64,000 nt of DNA from contig NC_058368.1 in assembly GCF_018350175.1 (NCBI RefSeq), positions 105,278,001 to 105,342,000 on the forward strand, read 5' to 3'. This stretch comes from Felis catus. Lineage: Eukaryota. The stretch's first letter is position 1. Each line of letters starts with the position of its first letter. The position numbers and the translations under genes were made by a program. A model generated the notes under the pieces. It searched no databases and was not told the origin of the DNA. It saw only the letters and a list, made by a program, of their open reading frames with translations. This document shows, in pieces, positions 1 through 14,515 of the stretch.

Positions 1-3000
1 AACAGCAAAGGCAGCCTAAACCTAGCAGAAGAAGAGAAATAATAAAGATCAGAGCAGAAATAAACAATATAGAATCAAAAAACAAAACAAAACTGTAGAG
101 CAGATCAATGAAACCAAGAGCTGTTTTTTGGAAAAATAAACAAAATTGATAAACCTCTAGCCAGGCTTCTCAAAAAGAAAAGGGAGATGACCCAAATAGA
201 TAAAATCATGAATGAAAATGGAATTATTACAACCAATCCCTCAGAAATACAAACAATTATCAGGGAATACTATGAAAAATTATATGCCAACAAACTGGAC
301 AACCTGGAAGAAATGGACAAATTCCTAAACACCCATACGCTTCCAAAACTCAATCAGGAGGAAATAGAAAACTAGAACAGACCCATAACCAGTGGAGAAA
401 TTGGATCAGTTACCAAAAATCTCCCAACAAATAAGAGTCCAGGACCAGATGGCTTCCCAAGGGAGTTCTACCAGACGTTTAAAGCAGAGATAATACCTAT
501 CCTTCTCAAGCCATTCCAAAAAATAGAAAGGGAAGGAAAACTTCCAGACTCATTCTATGAAGCCACTATTACTTTGATTCCTAAACCAGACAGAGACCCG
601 GTAAAAAAAGAGAAGTACAGGCCAATATCCCTGATGAATATGGATGCAAAAATTCTCAATAAGATACTAGCAAATCGAATTCAACAGTATACAAAAAGAA
701 TTATTCACCATGATCAAGTGGGATTCCTTCCTGGGATGCAGGGTTGGTTCAACATTCACAAATCAATCAATGTGATACATCACATTAATAAAAGAAAAGA
801 TAAGAACCATATGATCCTGTCGATGCAGAAAAAGCATTTCACAAACTTCAGCAACGTTTCTTAATAAAAACCCTCAAGAAAGTCGGGATAGAAGGAACAT
901 ACTTAAACATCATAAAAGTCATTTATGAAAATCCCACAGCTAACATCATCCTCAATGGGGAAAAACTGAGAGCTTTCCCCCTGAGATCAGGAACACGACA
1001 GGGATGCCCACTCTCACCGCTGTAGTTTAACATAGTGCTGGAAGTTCAAGCATCAGCAATCAGACAACAAAAGGAAATCAAAGGCATCAAAATTGGCAAA
1101 GATGAAGTAAAGCTTTCACTTTTTGCAGATGACATGATATTATACATGGAAAATCCCATACACTCCACCAAAAGTCTGCTAGAACTGATACAGGAATTCA
1201 GCAAAGTTGCCGGATAAAAAAATCAATGTACAGAAATCAGTTGCATTCTTATACACTAATAATGAAGTAACAGAAAGACAAATAAAGAAACTGATCCCAT
1301 TCATAATTGCACCAAGAAGCATAAAATACCTAGGGATAAATCTAAACAAAGATGTAAAAGATCTGTATGCTGAAAACTATAGAAAGCTTATGAAGGAAAT
1401 TGAAGAAGATATAAAGAAATGGAAAAACATTCCGTGCTCATGGATTGGAAGAAGAAATATTGTCAAAATGTCAATACTACCCAAAGCTATCTACACATTC
1501 AATGCAATCCCAATCAAAATTGCACCAGCATTTTTCTCAAAGCTAGAACAAGCAATCCTAAAATTCATATGGAACCACAAAAGGCCCCAAACAGCCAAAG
1601 TAATTTTGAAGAAGAAGAGCAAAGCAGGAGGCATCACAATCCCAGACTTTAGCCTCTACTACAAAGCTGTCATCATCAAGACAGCATGGTACTGGCACAA
1701 AAACAGACACATAGACCAATGGAATAGAATAGAAACCCCAGAACTAGACCCACAAACATATGGCCAACTACTCTTTGACAAAGCAGGAAAGAACATCCAA
1801 CGGAAAAAAGACAGTCTCTTTAACAAATGGTGCTGGGAGAACTGGACAGCAACATGCAGAAGATTGAAACTAGACCACTTTCTCACACCATTCACAAAAA
1901 TAAACTCAAAATGGATAAAGGACCTGAATGTGAGACAGGAAACCATCAAAACCCTCGAGGAGAAAGCAGGAAAAGACCTCTCTGACCTCAGCCGTAGCAA
2001 TTTCTTACCTGACACATCCCCAAAGGCAAGGGAATTAAAAGCAAAAATGAACTACTGGGTCCTTATGAAGATAAAAAGCTTCTGCACAGCAAACAACCAA
2101 CAAAACTAAAAGGCAACCAACAGAATGGGAAAAGAGATTTGCAAATGACATATCAGACAAAGGGCTAGTATCCAAAATCTATAAAGAGCTCACCAAACTC
2201 CACACCCAAAAAACAAATAAAATAACCCAGCGAAGAAATGGGCAGAAAACATGAATAGACACTTCTCTGAAGAAGACATCCGGATGGCCAGCAGGCACAT
2301 GAAAAGATGCTCAACGTCGCTCCTTATCAGGGAAATACAAATCAAAACCACACTGAGATATCATCTCACACCAGTCAGTGGCCAAAATGAACAAATCAGG
2401 AGATTATAGATGCTGTAAAGGATGTGGAGAAATGGGAACCCTCTTGCATTGGTGGTGGGAATGCAAACTGGTGCAGCCGCTCTGGAAAACAGTGTGGAAG
2501 TTCCTCAAAAAATTAAAAATAGACCTACCCTATGACCAAGCGATAGCACTGCTAGGAATTTACCCAAGGGATACAGGAGTACTGATGCATAGGGGCACTG
2601 TACCCCAATGTTTATAGCAGCACTCTCAACAATAGCCAAATTATGGAAAGAGCCTAAATGTCCATCAACTGATGAATAGATAAAGAAATTGTGGTTTGTA
2701 TACACAATGGAGTACTACGTGATAATGAGAAAGAATGAAGTGTGGTCCTTTGTAGCAACGTGGATGGAACTGGAGAGTATGATGCGAAGTGAAATAAGCC
2801 ATACAGAAAAAGACAGATACCATATGTTTTCACTCTTATGTGGTCTGGAGAAACTTAACAGAAGACCCTGTGGGAGGGGAAGAAAAAAAAAAAGAGGTTA
2901 GAGAGGGAGAGAGCCAAAGCATAAGAGACTCTTAAAAACTGAGAACAAACTGAGGGTTGATGGCGGGTGGGAGGGAGGGGAGGGTGGGTGATGGGTATTG

Positions 3001-3083
3001 AGGTGGGCACCTTTTGGGATGAGCACTGGGTGCTGTACGGAAACCAATTTGACAATAACTTTCATAAAATGAAAAAAAAAAAA
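1..3083 (+). mobile_element. Young felid LINE-1 (ORF2 + 3'UTR + A-tail), inactivated; continues beyond the left window edge
   Basis: ORF fragments translate to L1 ORF2p: '[19 protein letters not shown]', '[24 protein letters not shown]', RT motif FADD at ~1122-1133, and a C-x3-C-x7-H-x4-C knuckle at ~2411-2465. G-rich 3'UTR at 2962-2995, A-tail at 3072-3083. A stop at 373-375 and several frameshifts break ORF2. Confidence 0.98.
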
Positions 3084-5099
3084 GAAAAGAACATCTGCTC
3101 CACAAAGATGGTCTAAACATGGTCCAAGGGCCCATTTTTTTAATTGGCCATCCCTATTGAATAAGTAAAGAGCTCTGTTCCCATTCCAGGGGATTCTGAA
3201 AAGAACTTGGCAAACAAAGGTGGGAAGATCCCTCAGTCACAAACTGAACTTGTATTGTTATAAACTGATTAGAATTCAAAAAGGTCAATTTCTGAGGCCA
3301 AGGAAATAAAAAGATGCAAGAGAGATGGTGTAGAGACACATATACACCATGTATGGACAAAAACAAGAATTATTATGAGTCCTCAAGAGCAGAAAAAGTG
3401 CTTAAAAGAATCAGGTCAATAGGATAAAACTTTCTCAGTTGTATAAAATCCTAACATTTCTTTAACTCTAATATTCCTAAGTTTATAACACAATAGGTAA
3501 TAAAAGTTTTATCACACTGAGCTAGTATAATAGGATTCTGACTTCAAGTAAAAGTCTCATCCTCTAAGCCAATCCCAGTAGGTCAACAAACCATTTGACA
3601 AACAGGCCCTTCCAGTCTCTTTATCCCAGCTCTACAGAGAAACAATTTTGATGGCACTGTATAGTAAAAACGTCTTTATGACTCTGGATGAGTGCCAAAA
3701 TCTTCGGTCTTATCCTAGGTTGCTAGGTACATTTCTGATAAAAAGGTAGATGATTTTCAATATGCTTTTATTTTTTATAAGGTATGCCACAACCAGACAC
3801 TAGTTTCATTTAAAGACTACATATAATATTAATCCATATATTAATTTTGTTTACTATCTTTCAAAGATTACCTAGAGTTTTAAAATAAACTTTTAACTTC
3901 AAAGTTGTAAGATCTCACCTATCTATAATGATCGTATTACTAGAACTAAAAATCAAGATACTGACTGACATAAGATCTAGTATATAAATTTACATTCATA
4001 CTCAAAAAATATGCGAAATCAGGATTATGCTATGGAATCCCAGGTATATGATCACTATACCTAGGGTTCAAAAAGGATTTCATGAGATAGTGGAAGCCAC
4101 ATTTATCTAATTGATTTTACTTGAGGACCTTCTCAGCTAACAGTAGTGGGGTCTTAGAAGAGAAAGTTAGTGGAATGTAATTAACACCGCAAATCCAGGA
4201 GAATGTCAGGAGACACTGAGAGAAATACAGAGTTCCCTACTCTACAAGTGAGGCTTGGGCTTTTCTTTCATTAATTGTATCCTAAGAAGTTATTAGAACC
4301 AGACCTTATACAATCCATCTATCTTAATAATATAAACATTTCCAGATGCAAGCAAATTATCTTTTCTTTTTTACAATCATAACTTTTCCATATAAGTCCC
4401 AAGAGCCAGTAATTGAATTTGAGAAAAGATGTCCTTCTTTTGAAGTTGCTTTTGATCTAAAGCCAAAGGGAAGTAATTTATTTAGCAGAAGCTGTGGCCT
4501 CTAAACAATGATGTATATGTGGGAATATTGGCAAACAAAATAAAGTACCTTCATTTATTTGTCAATAAAGCAGTACCAAGATGGTAAGAATTCAGTTCAG
4601 AATAAATTCTTAAGGAAATAGAAACTGGTTTGAGGTTTTATTTTTTCCTTCCCCATGAGCACATGCTGACGAACACTCTTATTTATGTTATATCAAAGGC
4701 TTTGGTTCTTTGAAAACATTCCCAAAGAAAAGTGATAGACCTACAGTCTTTTATTGCCTCAATTACATGAGCTTCCCTTCTGGTTAATTTAAAGTAATAA
4801 ATAAATACTCTTACCATTTCTAATGACTGGTTTCACATGTATATTTCTATTTTGGTGAAATTTTATTTATATTATTCCTGGATTTATTATATGCATCCAT
4901 TATTTTAAACATTATTTGGTGCTTATGGAAGTTAAGCAAGAGTGAAAAAAATCTCGATTGAACTTCAAATCAAGGAAGGGAAAAAACATAATAAAAAGAT
5001 TACACTAGAAAAATAAAATCTACATGGAATGAGCCAAATTTGAACATAATTGAAATCCTATAGCCATATACAACTACTAGGAATTTCCCTCCCTCCCCA

Positions 5100-5490
5100 C
5101 AAATTACCATTGTGCTTGTACCTAAAGGCTTTGCACCAGCTATATCCTTTTCACAAGATGTCATAACCTTTTACCCAAATCCCTACCCTTGCTCCCTTTT
5201 TCTTCTGATCCTTCTTCACAAAGTCTTTTGCAACTATTTCCATCATCATTACTATCTCCCCAACCACTCCTTGGCCTTCCCATAAATTATGTAACCAATA
5301 AAACTTGTGTACACCAAAGTCATAACATCTATTATAAACATCTCTTTGCTTATTCTTTTTTTTTTTTTAACTAACAGACTAGAGCTTTCTTGAAGAGAAA
5401 CAAGAGACAGTTATTTTTCTTTGTATCCATAGCCTAGCACAGTGCCTGATGCCTGATAGTCATGAAATGTTGGATGGATGAATGGATCCT
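5100..5490 (+). mobile_element. L2 3'-end relic
   Basis: 'ctttgtatccatagcctagcacagtgcctga...tggatggatgaatgga' resembles the L2 3' terminus. Confidence 0.65.
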
Positions 5491-6389
5491 GAATAAAACT
5501 TAATGGGAGTCTGTCCTGGTGTTCTATTGTTTAGTATGTTCATGAATTGCTAGGTTATGGAATGAGTTTGCTTATTAAATGAAAAATTCAAAACCAACCT
5601 GCATCACAGATTTGCCAGAAAATCAGTTGTACTTTCAGATTGCCAGTGATACCCATGCGGACACTAGCTCAGCTTCTGGATTCAAGGTTGAAATAGAGTG
5701 TCAAATCCTAGGACTGATTTGAAGTATTACTGATTGTTGAACACTGTATCATAGCCAGTTGATTCTGACGTATCTCCAACTGTGCTCTTTTGTGACTTTT
5801 CATTTTAGCATTTCAACTGTTACCGCTAGCATGTGCATATACTTAGATGGCTTAAAATCTGGCACACTCATGGTTCACGTCAGAAGTTTGTCATTAAATT
5901 GGCCAATCCTGTACAACTGAACTGAACGTTAGTTCCAAAGTCCCTTACATCTACTCTTTAACCTGGCTGGTCTCCCTGCTCCACTTAGCACTTTGGACCA
6001 GTACCCAGCATTTCTGTGTTAGCCATACTCTGTGCCTTGAGCCACCCTGACCCTGCCCATCCTGCATACCATTACCTGAATTCTTTCTGACATCCTGTGG
6101 CTTCATTACTGGTCAACAACTGTATGATTTTTTAATTTTGTTTCAATACTCCAGATGACATCTTGGGCTCTCATTCATTTAGTGATTGATCAATATACCA
6201 CTTGATGCCTATGTGCTTCCACACATTTGTTTAGTTAATAAACAGACAGATTCCAGACAGATATTTAGATAATATCCTGCCTAATCCTACCCTAGCCCTT
6301 ATGATTCTCTCCCCAGTGACCTAATGCTCCCATAAAGCTGGTCTTAGATACCAAGATGTAAAATAGATACCAAGATCTCTTAGGAATTT

Positions 6390-7935
6390 ATCCTTCAGTG
6401 GTCTGGCTCAAGTCAACTCTTGCTTACTTTCATTTAGATCATGATTATCTAATCTTTGGTCCTTCACAAATGGTCTTATTTATTCCTGTCCTTCAACCAT
6501 CTCAGCACTTTACATTAAAAGAAGATTTAATTATAAAGAAGTACAGTTTGGGTAATGTCACTTCCATAGTCAGAAATAACATCAATGGCTTCCCATTGCC
6601 TATGAAATAAAATTCATGTTTTTAGCCTGACATTCAGAGCACTCCATGAACTGGCCTTAGCTCATCTTTCTAGATTTATTTCTTAAAACTTTCTTTTACG
6701 TACTCATATTCCCTCTCTCCATCACTTGCCTGACAGAACTTGGGATCGAAGCCCTCCATCTCTGGTTTCTACTCCTGCCTACAAAGTAGCAAAACCTGCC
6801 TGATTGGTTTCACTTCACCTGATTATAGACCTTACTTGAGCATTTAACTCTACCCAGCAAAACAGCCACAATTCTTTTTCCAGGAGATGGCTTTCTCACT
6901 CTCCAAGACAACTATTCTGTATCCTCTTATCTCTTCTCAAACTTCACTCCCCTCCTCCACATGTAAACCCAGCTGATGACCTCGCCTACAATTCACTGAT
7001 GACACAGGTCGTCAAATGGGGACTCCCTCCTCTTTCCACTATCAAATCTAAATTCTTGCTTCATATTGTCACATGTTCTGCTGGTTGCCTTCTGTATCAG
7101 TGGAAAAAGCGTGCTTCCTCCCATTCAAGGCTCTTTTCTCCTACTAGTGCTCCCAAGCCTGTGGCTGTCACCTTTCTAGGTATGTCACTTATTTACCTTA
7201 CCTCACACTTGCAGCTCCTTCCTCTCATAGGAACAGGTTGGTGTCTCACACCTGTGCAAAAACCTGTGATTTCTCATCACTCACTTTTCCCTACTCTTAT
7301 TCTAAGGTAAACAATTCCACACAGTCTTCCTTTCCTTACCTCCTTCCGATTTGCTTTATACTGCACCATGGTCTTATTCTGTCCACCGTATTCAGATGAT
7401 GGTGTTCTACTGAAAGCACTCTAATCAAGGTCCACAACAATCTTCATGACACTAGACTGAGTGTAAACTTTGCTGTGTTCACCTTAATTGAATCCAGAGC
7501 TTCATACAACACAAAGGACCACTCCTTTCTTCTTGACACATTTCCATTCTTGGCCTACATCAAACCACAGAGTTCTGGGTTTTGTTCTTAATAGTTACTT
7601 CTCTAATTTGTTGAATTCTGCTTTATAGAATCTCTAAAGATCTTCAAGACCTAGTTCAAGGCCTCCTCTTCTTCTGAATCTTCAGTTTTTCTCTGGATTA
7701 TTTTGTTCATTCTCGTGGCCTTAAATATCACTGAGAGTTTAATAATTTTCACATTTGTATCTCCAATCCATCTTTTGCTCTTTGAACTCCAGATTCATAT
7801 ATATGCAGGTGAACTTTATCCTTCCTTTTGTTTATCTAACCTTCCAACTTAACTGTGCATCAAACATGGTCTTTCCCTATCTCCTCCCATGTTAGGCAGT
7901 GGCATCACCACCTTTTTGGTTACTCAAGCTAAATA
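6390..7935 (+). mobile_element. Degraded L2 fragments
   Basis: L2-like motifs 'aatggcttcccattgcctatgaaataaaattc', 'ctctaatcaaggtccacaacaatcttc', 'ccactcctttcttcttgacac', 'tttgtatctcca...gaactccagattcatat'. Confidence 0.6.
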
Positions 7936-8384
7936 CATTGGTAAAAAGAAAAGCTACAGAATGAGATCACTGAAGTAGTAAATGGAGTTCTGTGATATAA
8001 AATAAAGGTTGGAAAAGAAGTAGAGAACACATTGATGAGGTAGGTCAGCAAAAACCTCCTTAAGAAAGAAAGGATGTTTCAATTGAAATACAAGTTATGC
8101 TAAAGAGTCAAGCAAACAGAGAGGCAGAGGAAAAGCATACTCCAAAAGGAAATGGCAAGTTTACAACTGTTTCAGAATAACAGTTTTGTGCATTTTCATA
8201 ATAGTAACAAATTGAGTATCCCTAGAGAGAAGTAAATGAAGGGAAAGGTAGCAGACAATGAGTGTGTACAGATAGGTGGAGACTAGATCCAATGTGAGCA
8301 TTTCGGTAGTCCAGGTGAGAGGTAGTGGTGACTGGGACCAAACAAGTAGAATTTCAGAGAAAGGATTTTAATTAACTTTTTAAA

Positions 8385-8795
8385 AATTTTTTGATTGTGA
8401 TATAATATACATAAAATATTTGTCATCTTAACTATTTATAGGTGCACAAGTCAGTAGCATTTAGTACATTCACAATGTTGTGTAACCATCACTACTATAA
8501 ATATTCAAAACTTTTTCACTGTGTCTAACAAAAATTCTTTACCTATTACACAATAGCTGCCCTTTCCTTCCAGCCCCTGGTAATCTCTCCTCTACTTTCT
8601 GTTTCTATGAATTTGTCTATTATTAGTACTCATATAAGTAGAATCATGTGATATTTATCCTTCTGTGTCTGGCTTATTTCACTAAGCATAATGTTTTCAA
8701 GGTCAATCCATGTCATAGAAAACATTAAAATAAAATTCTTTTTTATGGTTGAATAATATTACATTGTATGTATCTGACACATATTTTATCTAAAA
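8385..8795 (-). mobile_element. Old L1 (L1MA/MB-type) 3' end
   Basis: 'gcatttagtacattcacaatgttgtgtaaccatcactact...tctggcttatttcactaagcataatgttttcaagg' is the reverse complement of an L1M 3' end. Confidence 0.85.
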
Positions 8796-8815
8796 TTTAT
8801 TTAATCTTTATTTTG

Positions 8816-9027
8816 ATATTTTTATGTTTATTTTTATTTTTGAGAGAGAAAGAGAGAGAGCATGAGCAAGGGAGGGGCAGAGGGAAAGGGAGACATAGAA
8901 TCTGAAGCAGGCTCCAGGCTCTGAGCTATTAGCACAGAGCCTGACCTGGGGCTCAAACTCACAAAACTTGAGATCGTGACCTGAGCCAAAGTTGGACGCT
9001 TAACCAACTGAGCCACCCAGGCGCCCC
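8816..9027 (-). mobile_element. CanSINE (SINEC_Fc type)
   Basis: Reverse complement of the ggggcgcctgggtggctcag head; perfect 17-bp TSD atttaatctttattttg at 8799-8815 and 9028-9044. Confidence 0.97.
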
Positions 9028-9775
9028 ATTTAATCTTTATTTTGGAAATAGAATTGTGAGACATATGTTGAACTGGATGTAGGGATGGAGATGAAGGTAA
9101 AAAGGATGATTCCTAGGATTCTAGCTTGTGAAATTAAGTTGTAGAAGACTAATTTATGGAAATGGAAAACACTTGAGAAAGACATTCCTTAATCCCAAAC
9201 TGAATTCATAACCTACTGGATGGAGGAGGATTCCAGAAGGATGAGGTCTCCATTGAGTCTGAAATGCTAAATGTGAATTAACCACGTAGAGAGCAATGCA
9301 TGGGAAGAGGTTGGATACAGAAGAAAATTCAAAGAAAGGATCAAATGGTAAAATTCATGATATTTTTTGCTTTATTTCTTTTACCAGGAACATCCTTCCC
9401 TAATTCCTCATTTCCCTGTCTAAAATTGTCCTGATCTTCAAGTCTCAGGTGAAATGCCAACTCTTCAAAGCTCCTTAGGCACTTACTTATGTTCTTTTAA
9501 TAGCATTTACCCTCCTTTGGCTTATATAACAGTTTTTGCCCATTTTTTACCTATTTACCATAAGCCCTTTGAAGGCATGTATTACATCTTTAGTATATTT
9601 GTATCCTCCCACCATACCCAGTATTGTCACCCTGCATAAAGAAGATGGTCAACATGTGTTGGTTTTAGCAGAATATCATTGTTAAGAAAAGGAATAAAAA
9701 TGGTTATGCCAATCACTAAGCCTAAAACAAGGCAAGAGGCTATAAAGGATGGGTTCCAAAAATTACTATTTGAAG

Positions 9776-9970
9776 ATTTTTAAATTTTTATTTTAGAGAC
9801 AGAGTGTGTGTGAGCAGGGTAGAGGGGCAGAGAGGGAGTGAGAGAATCCCAAGAAGGCTCCATGTTCACTGCAGAGCCCAATGCAGGGCTAGATCTCATG
9901 ACCCTGGGATCATGACCTGAGCCAAAATCAAGAATCAGATGCTCAACTGACTGAAACACCCAGGCAACCC
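9776..9970 (-). mobile_element. CanSINE
   Basis: SINE body ('gatcatgacctgagccaaaatcaagaatcagatgctc'); short atttgaag TSD. Confidence 0.92.
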
Positions 9971-11064
9971 AATTTGAAGTTTTTGAGTTCTTTATATCAG
10001 AATTAAATAATTATCTGATGTTATTACAGTTTTGGAGCAGTGGAGACAGCCCCCAAGTGACAGAGTAAACATCATAGGAACTTATTACATCAAAAGAAAA
10101 GGTAGACAATACTGAAATAATTAAGGGGTTGGTTTTTTTTTTTCCTATGTCCGTTGTTTAGTTTTGTGACCATGTAAATATAATCATCACAAAGAACAAT
10201 TCCTGAAATGAAACTAGCAGTAAAGAAAATTATTGATGTAGTCATTTCTAACTTTTATCAAAATTGGTTTAGTATCTAAGCTGCTTACATTAGTTGAAGA
10301 TGCAGCTTAGATTTCCAAATGCCTTAAAATAATCTATGGGAACTTAAAATGTGTTCCTATTATAATGAGAAGTACTTCCAAGTGTGTATGTAGATTTCAG
10401 TTATGTCTGTGATATACAGAGAACTTAATCTTCATTAATCTAACAGTTCACTTGACAAGTAGCAGTGGTCCTCTGACATCATGTTATCATTTGTGTCCAG
10501 TTTTATGAAGATGTGGCATTGTCTTACATGATGTTCTAAAGAGAACCTAGATAATTATGGATTTTGTTTAAAAAAATTAGAAATCTTTATTAGAGTTGGT
10601 CAAACGGGCACATAAACATTAAAAAAAAATAAAAAACAAACTCAAGCGTCTAGTTAAATATAAACCCATGGCTCAGGGTTAGGAAAAGAAACAGTAGAGA
10701 GTAGGTTGACGTGAAAATAAACCAACAGAGAAAATAATGCTCTCCATTGTTCAGAGTGACAAAGAATTGGCAGACATCCAAATGCCACGGGAGACAAGAT
10801 TAATACTAAGTACATCTGTCAACATCCTGTTTGAAAATCTTAGCCAGGATCAGAGGTATCTGAAAACATCCAAAGGGGGTTTCGCCTAAGAATGAGTCAT
10901 ACTCTCTGCAGCAGAAAGCCCTAAAACATCAGTATAGGATGTTAGAAGTCAAACAGAAGGTAGTGATCATCTTGTCCAACTCCCATATTTTACCAATGAG
11001 AAAAATGGGGCCGAGAAAACCCTTTCCACTCTGTAGCACTGGGAGACACCAGCAAGTAATGGAC

Positions 11065-11270
11065 AAAATACGGACTTTGGAGCCATACAGAATTAGATTT
11101 GGATCCTGGCTTAGTGACTCAGACAAGTCACTTACTTTCTTTGGGCCTTACTATCTCTGAGCCCCATTTTCCTCAACTATAATATGGGAATAACTGTTTT
11201 GGAAGGTGGTGATGAATTTAGAAATAAAATTCATAAAATATCTGGTACAGAGACAACCAACAAATGCTAA
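11065..11270 (+). mobile_element. MIR
   Basis: MIR core-like 'acaagtcactta...ctctgagccccattttcctcaactataatatgggaata'. Confidence 0.7.
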
Positions 11271-11674
11271 ATCTTACTACCCCCATGCTAGGATTACTGG
11301 ATCACCTCAATCTAAGTGTATGTTCAATATACCTTCAGAGATGCCCAGTCAGGTTTCCTCCCCCCAGTAAAGAATAGTGGTGAGAATGATACCATTCATT
11401 CACTTGGGCATTTAATAATCTGGAAATATTTAATGAGTCAGTATTGTATAAAATGCCAAATGGAACTTACGAATTTTTCCAGTTCTTCAACATAGCAAAG
11501 TATAGTTGAAGACAAGGAGCAGAAATCTAATAACTTGGTGAAAACATTCTAAATACTACTGAAGGAATCTTTCTGAACTTAATCTTTCATACTTAAATAT
11601 GCGTGGGGATGGAGTGTCAATGTTGCATATATGGATGTCAAACTAGGTTTTGTAAGTACACTATGACCTTTTTT

Positions 11675-11888
11675 AAAAGATTTTTTTAACATTTATTCAT
11701 TTTTGAGAGACAGAGAGACACAGTGAGAATGGGGAAGGGGCAAAGAGAGGGAGGCACAGAATCTGAAGCAGGCTCCAGGCTCTTTGCTGTCAGCACAGAG
11801 CCCGACATGGGGCTCAACCCCACAAACTGTGAGATCATGACCTGAGCCGAAGTCGAAAGCTCAACTGACTGAGCCACTCAGGCACCCC
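11675..11888 (-). mobile_element. CanSINE
   Basis: Full-length SINE, reverse complement, ending ...ggcacccc. Confidence 0.95.
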
Positions 11889-11922
11889 ACATGGCCTTTT
11901 TTTTAATTCAACAAGACTTTAA

Positions 11923-12127
11923 AAAAATCTTTTTATCCTTATTTTTGAGAGAGAGAGTACAGCGGGGAATGAACAGAGAGAGAGGGAGGGAGACACAAAA
12001 TCCAAAGTAGTCTCCATGCTCTGAGCCAGCAGCATGGAGCCCTATGCGGGGCTTGAATTTGCAAACTGGAAGATCATGACCTGAGCCACAGTCAGCTGCT
12101 TAACCTACTGAGCCACCCAGGTGCCCC
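11923..12127 (-). mobile_element. CanSINE
   Basis: Full-length SINE; imperfect TSD aattcaacaagactttaa / aattcagcaagattttaa. Confidence 0.95.
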
Positions 12128-12526
12128 AAATTCAGCAAGATTTTAATTCAACAACATTTAAGATAGAAAAACAAAATCTAAAACTTCAAAGATTGAATGA
12201 ATTTATAGGGAGGTAAAGGAAGATTCCTGAAGACTTTATGATTTGCCAAAGAGTGAGACACAGCTGAAACATTGATCTTTAGCTATCTCCATTGTAAGTG
12301 TACATAAAGTGGAAATATAGGCCCTACCAGTGACACAATAGACTTAATCAATCACAGCCAACCTGGTTGCTGAGACCTTTTAGTCCTAATTCTAATTCAC
12401 CTGTACAGACAGAGTCATTAGCCATGACATGTTAAGTGAGGAGGGACAATTTAAGTTTCTACAGCCAGGCTTATGCCATGTTGAATGCACTCTTAGGATC
12501 ATCCCTTCAAAAATGAATATGAATCT

Positions 12527-12752
12527 GGGGCACCTGGGTGGCCCCGTCAGTTAAGCATCCAACTCTTGATTTCAGCTCAGGTCATCATCTTGCAGTTTGC
12601 GGGTTCTAGCCCCATTTCAGGTTCTGCACTTATAGTGCAGAGCCTGCTTGGGATCCTCTCTCTTCCTCTCTCTCTGCCCCTCCACAACTCATGCTCACTT
12701 GCTGTCTCTCTCAAAAAACTAATTAGTTAAAAAAATAAAATAAAATATTAAA
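12527..12752 (+). mobile_element. CanSINE
   Basis: ggggcacctgggtgg head, CT-rich segment, A-rich tail; TSD aaaaatgaata(t/g)gaatct. Confidence 0.95.
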
Positions 12753-14309
12753 AAAATGAATAGGAATCTGAATAGGAATCTTTTATGCTGAGACAGGGTT
12801 AAGTCTTTAAGGAAATACCCTGTTACTGGTTTCTCCTAGTTACCATTTAGGTTGTCTCCATGTATGTGTGCCTAGAGTTGCCGATATGATAACTTAGATC
12901 TAGGGAGAGGTGAGAAAGGTATGAGATGCCAAGGATTTTATAACTAGAAAGGATGTTAAGGCCTATGGACTAAATCAAGGGAACCAACGTGCTCTATTTA
13001 TCACTTAAAGTATGGGCCTGTGCTATATGTTAGATATTTTGTGTTAGTTTCAGCCATTTCACAATCAGGATATTTCACATTATAAACGGGACCTCCGGCT
13101 TCTCTGGAAAAGTTGGACACTGTGGCAATCCTGGGTCTCAATTCTTGCCTGCCAACCTTTGGTGAGAATTGGACAGTGGTGGCCCACTTCAATGCAATGA
13201 GTTTTCCCCAGTGTCCCCATCTCCACTTCTCCTCAGGGGCTTCATCAGGCCAGTTCCACCTGCTGACTTTACCTTCACAGCTCCTGATAAAGTCCAAACC
13301 GTATCTGAGAGATGAGAAAAACCAAAGCCCAGAGAGATCAAAAGACTGATGCGAGCTCCAGAACCCAGATCTTCTATTTTCCCCTTTTAGAAAGTCTTTC
13401 ATGACTACTAGTGTGTTGGCTACTTCCTAAGAGATCATATAAAATACTATCCAGAGCAGTAACCCTAAGAAACACCTCGGTAAAAAGTAATGGCACCAGA
13501 GAAAAAATACTATTGATTATCAGACGCAATTTGGCTTAATCTTAGGTTACAAATATATTCTTAGAAGGAGTCCTAATTATTATCAGGCAGTTGGCTCCCA
13601 TAATTTTTTTTTAATCTCTAAACTGGCTTTATTTGGATGTCAAATGTCAACATACATTAGGAGTCACATGGAGAATTACTGGAATTTTAATTCCTAGGCC
13701 CTTTTTCAAGGAGGCCCTGACTTGGTGTGTCTATGGTGAAATGCAGGAATTTGCATTTTTGATGACTATCACAGGTAATTTATTATACTTACTCATCAGA
13801 GTAAAAGGTCACTTTCACATATTCAGTTCTGGTCTCAAGCTCCAGACCATCATCACGTGCCTCTGTCCCCTTCACTCAGAGAAAAGAAGTTTACTGTGGT
13901 CCCTACATTCTTTTCCTTATTTTTTCTGTGTTCTCTGCCTGGTGGTTTATAAAAGAAAAACCCAAAGAAGATATGACTGACAGAGTATGAGGGATCTGAA
14001 TATAATTGCCTAAATGTAATTGCTCAATTGGAATGTTTTTTTCCATGGTGACTAGGTTAATAATTACAGTATCTCCCACCCACTCTACTAACTCGGCTCC
14101 TCTTTCTAAAGAATGCCTCCTTTGAATTGAAAAAGTACAACTCAAGTTGAAAAAAAAATATCCTTTCTGAACCAAGTGGACCATGACTTTTTGAAACTAT
14201 GCTTTGAAACTTCATGTCAACTTGTTTTGTGTTTCTTCCCTAAAATTTGTGTCCTTTAAAGGGTTCATACTTTGTCTCCTACACCTCTTAAATAGATTAA
14301 AAAAAAACA

Positions 14310-14515
14310 TTTGAGAGGGAGGGAGGCAAACCCTAAGAGACTCTTAAAAACTGAGAAAAAACAGGGTTGATGGGGGTGGAAGGGAGGGGAAAGTGGGTGA
14401 TGGGCATTGAGGAGGGCACCTGTTGGGAGGAGCACTGGGTGTTGTATGGAAACCAAACTGACAAAAAATTTCATATTTTAAAAATGGGAACAATAAAAAA
14501 TAAATTAATAAATAG
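14310..14515 (+). mobile_element. 5'-truncated felid L1 3'UTR
   Basis: Colinear with 2898-3070 of the first L1 (taagagactcttaaaaactgagaa...gagcactgggtgttgtatggaaacc), followed by an A-rich tail. Confidence 0.95.

Noticed and set aside
187..2901. L1 ORF2 fragments as a functional reverse transcriptase gene
   Set aside because: An in-frame stop (373-375) and multiple frameshifts split ORF2; this is a dead LINE-1 copy
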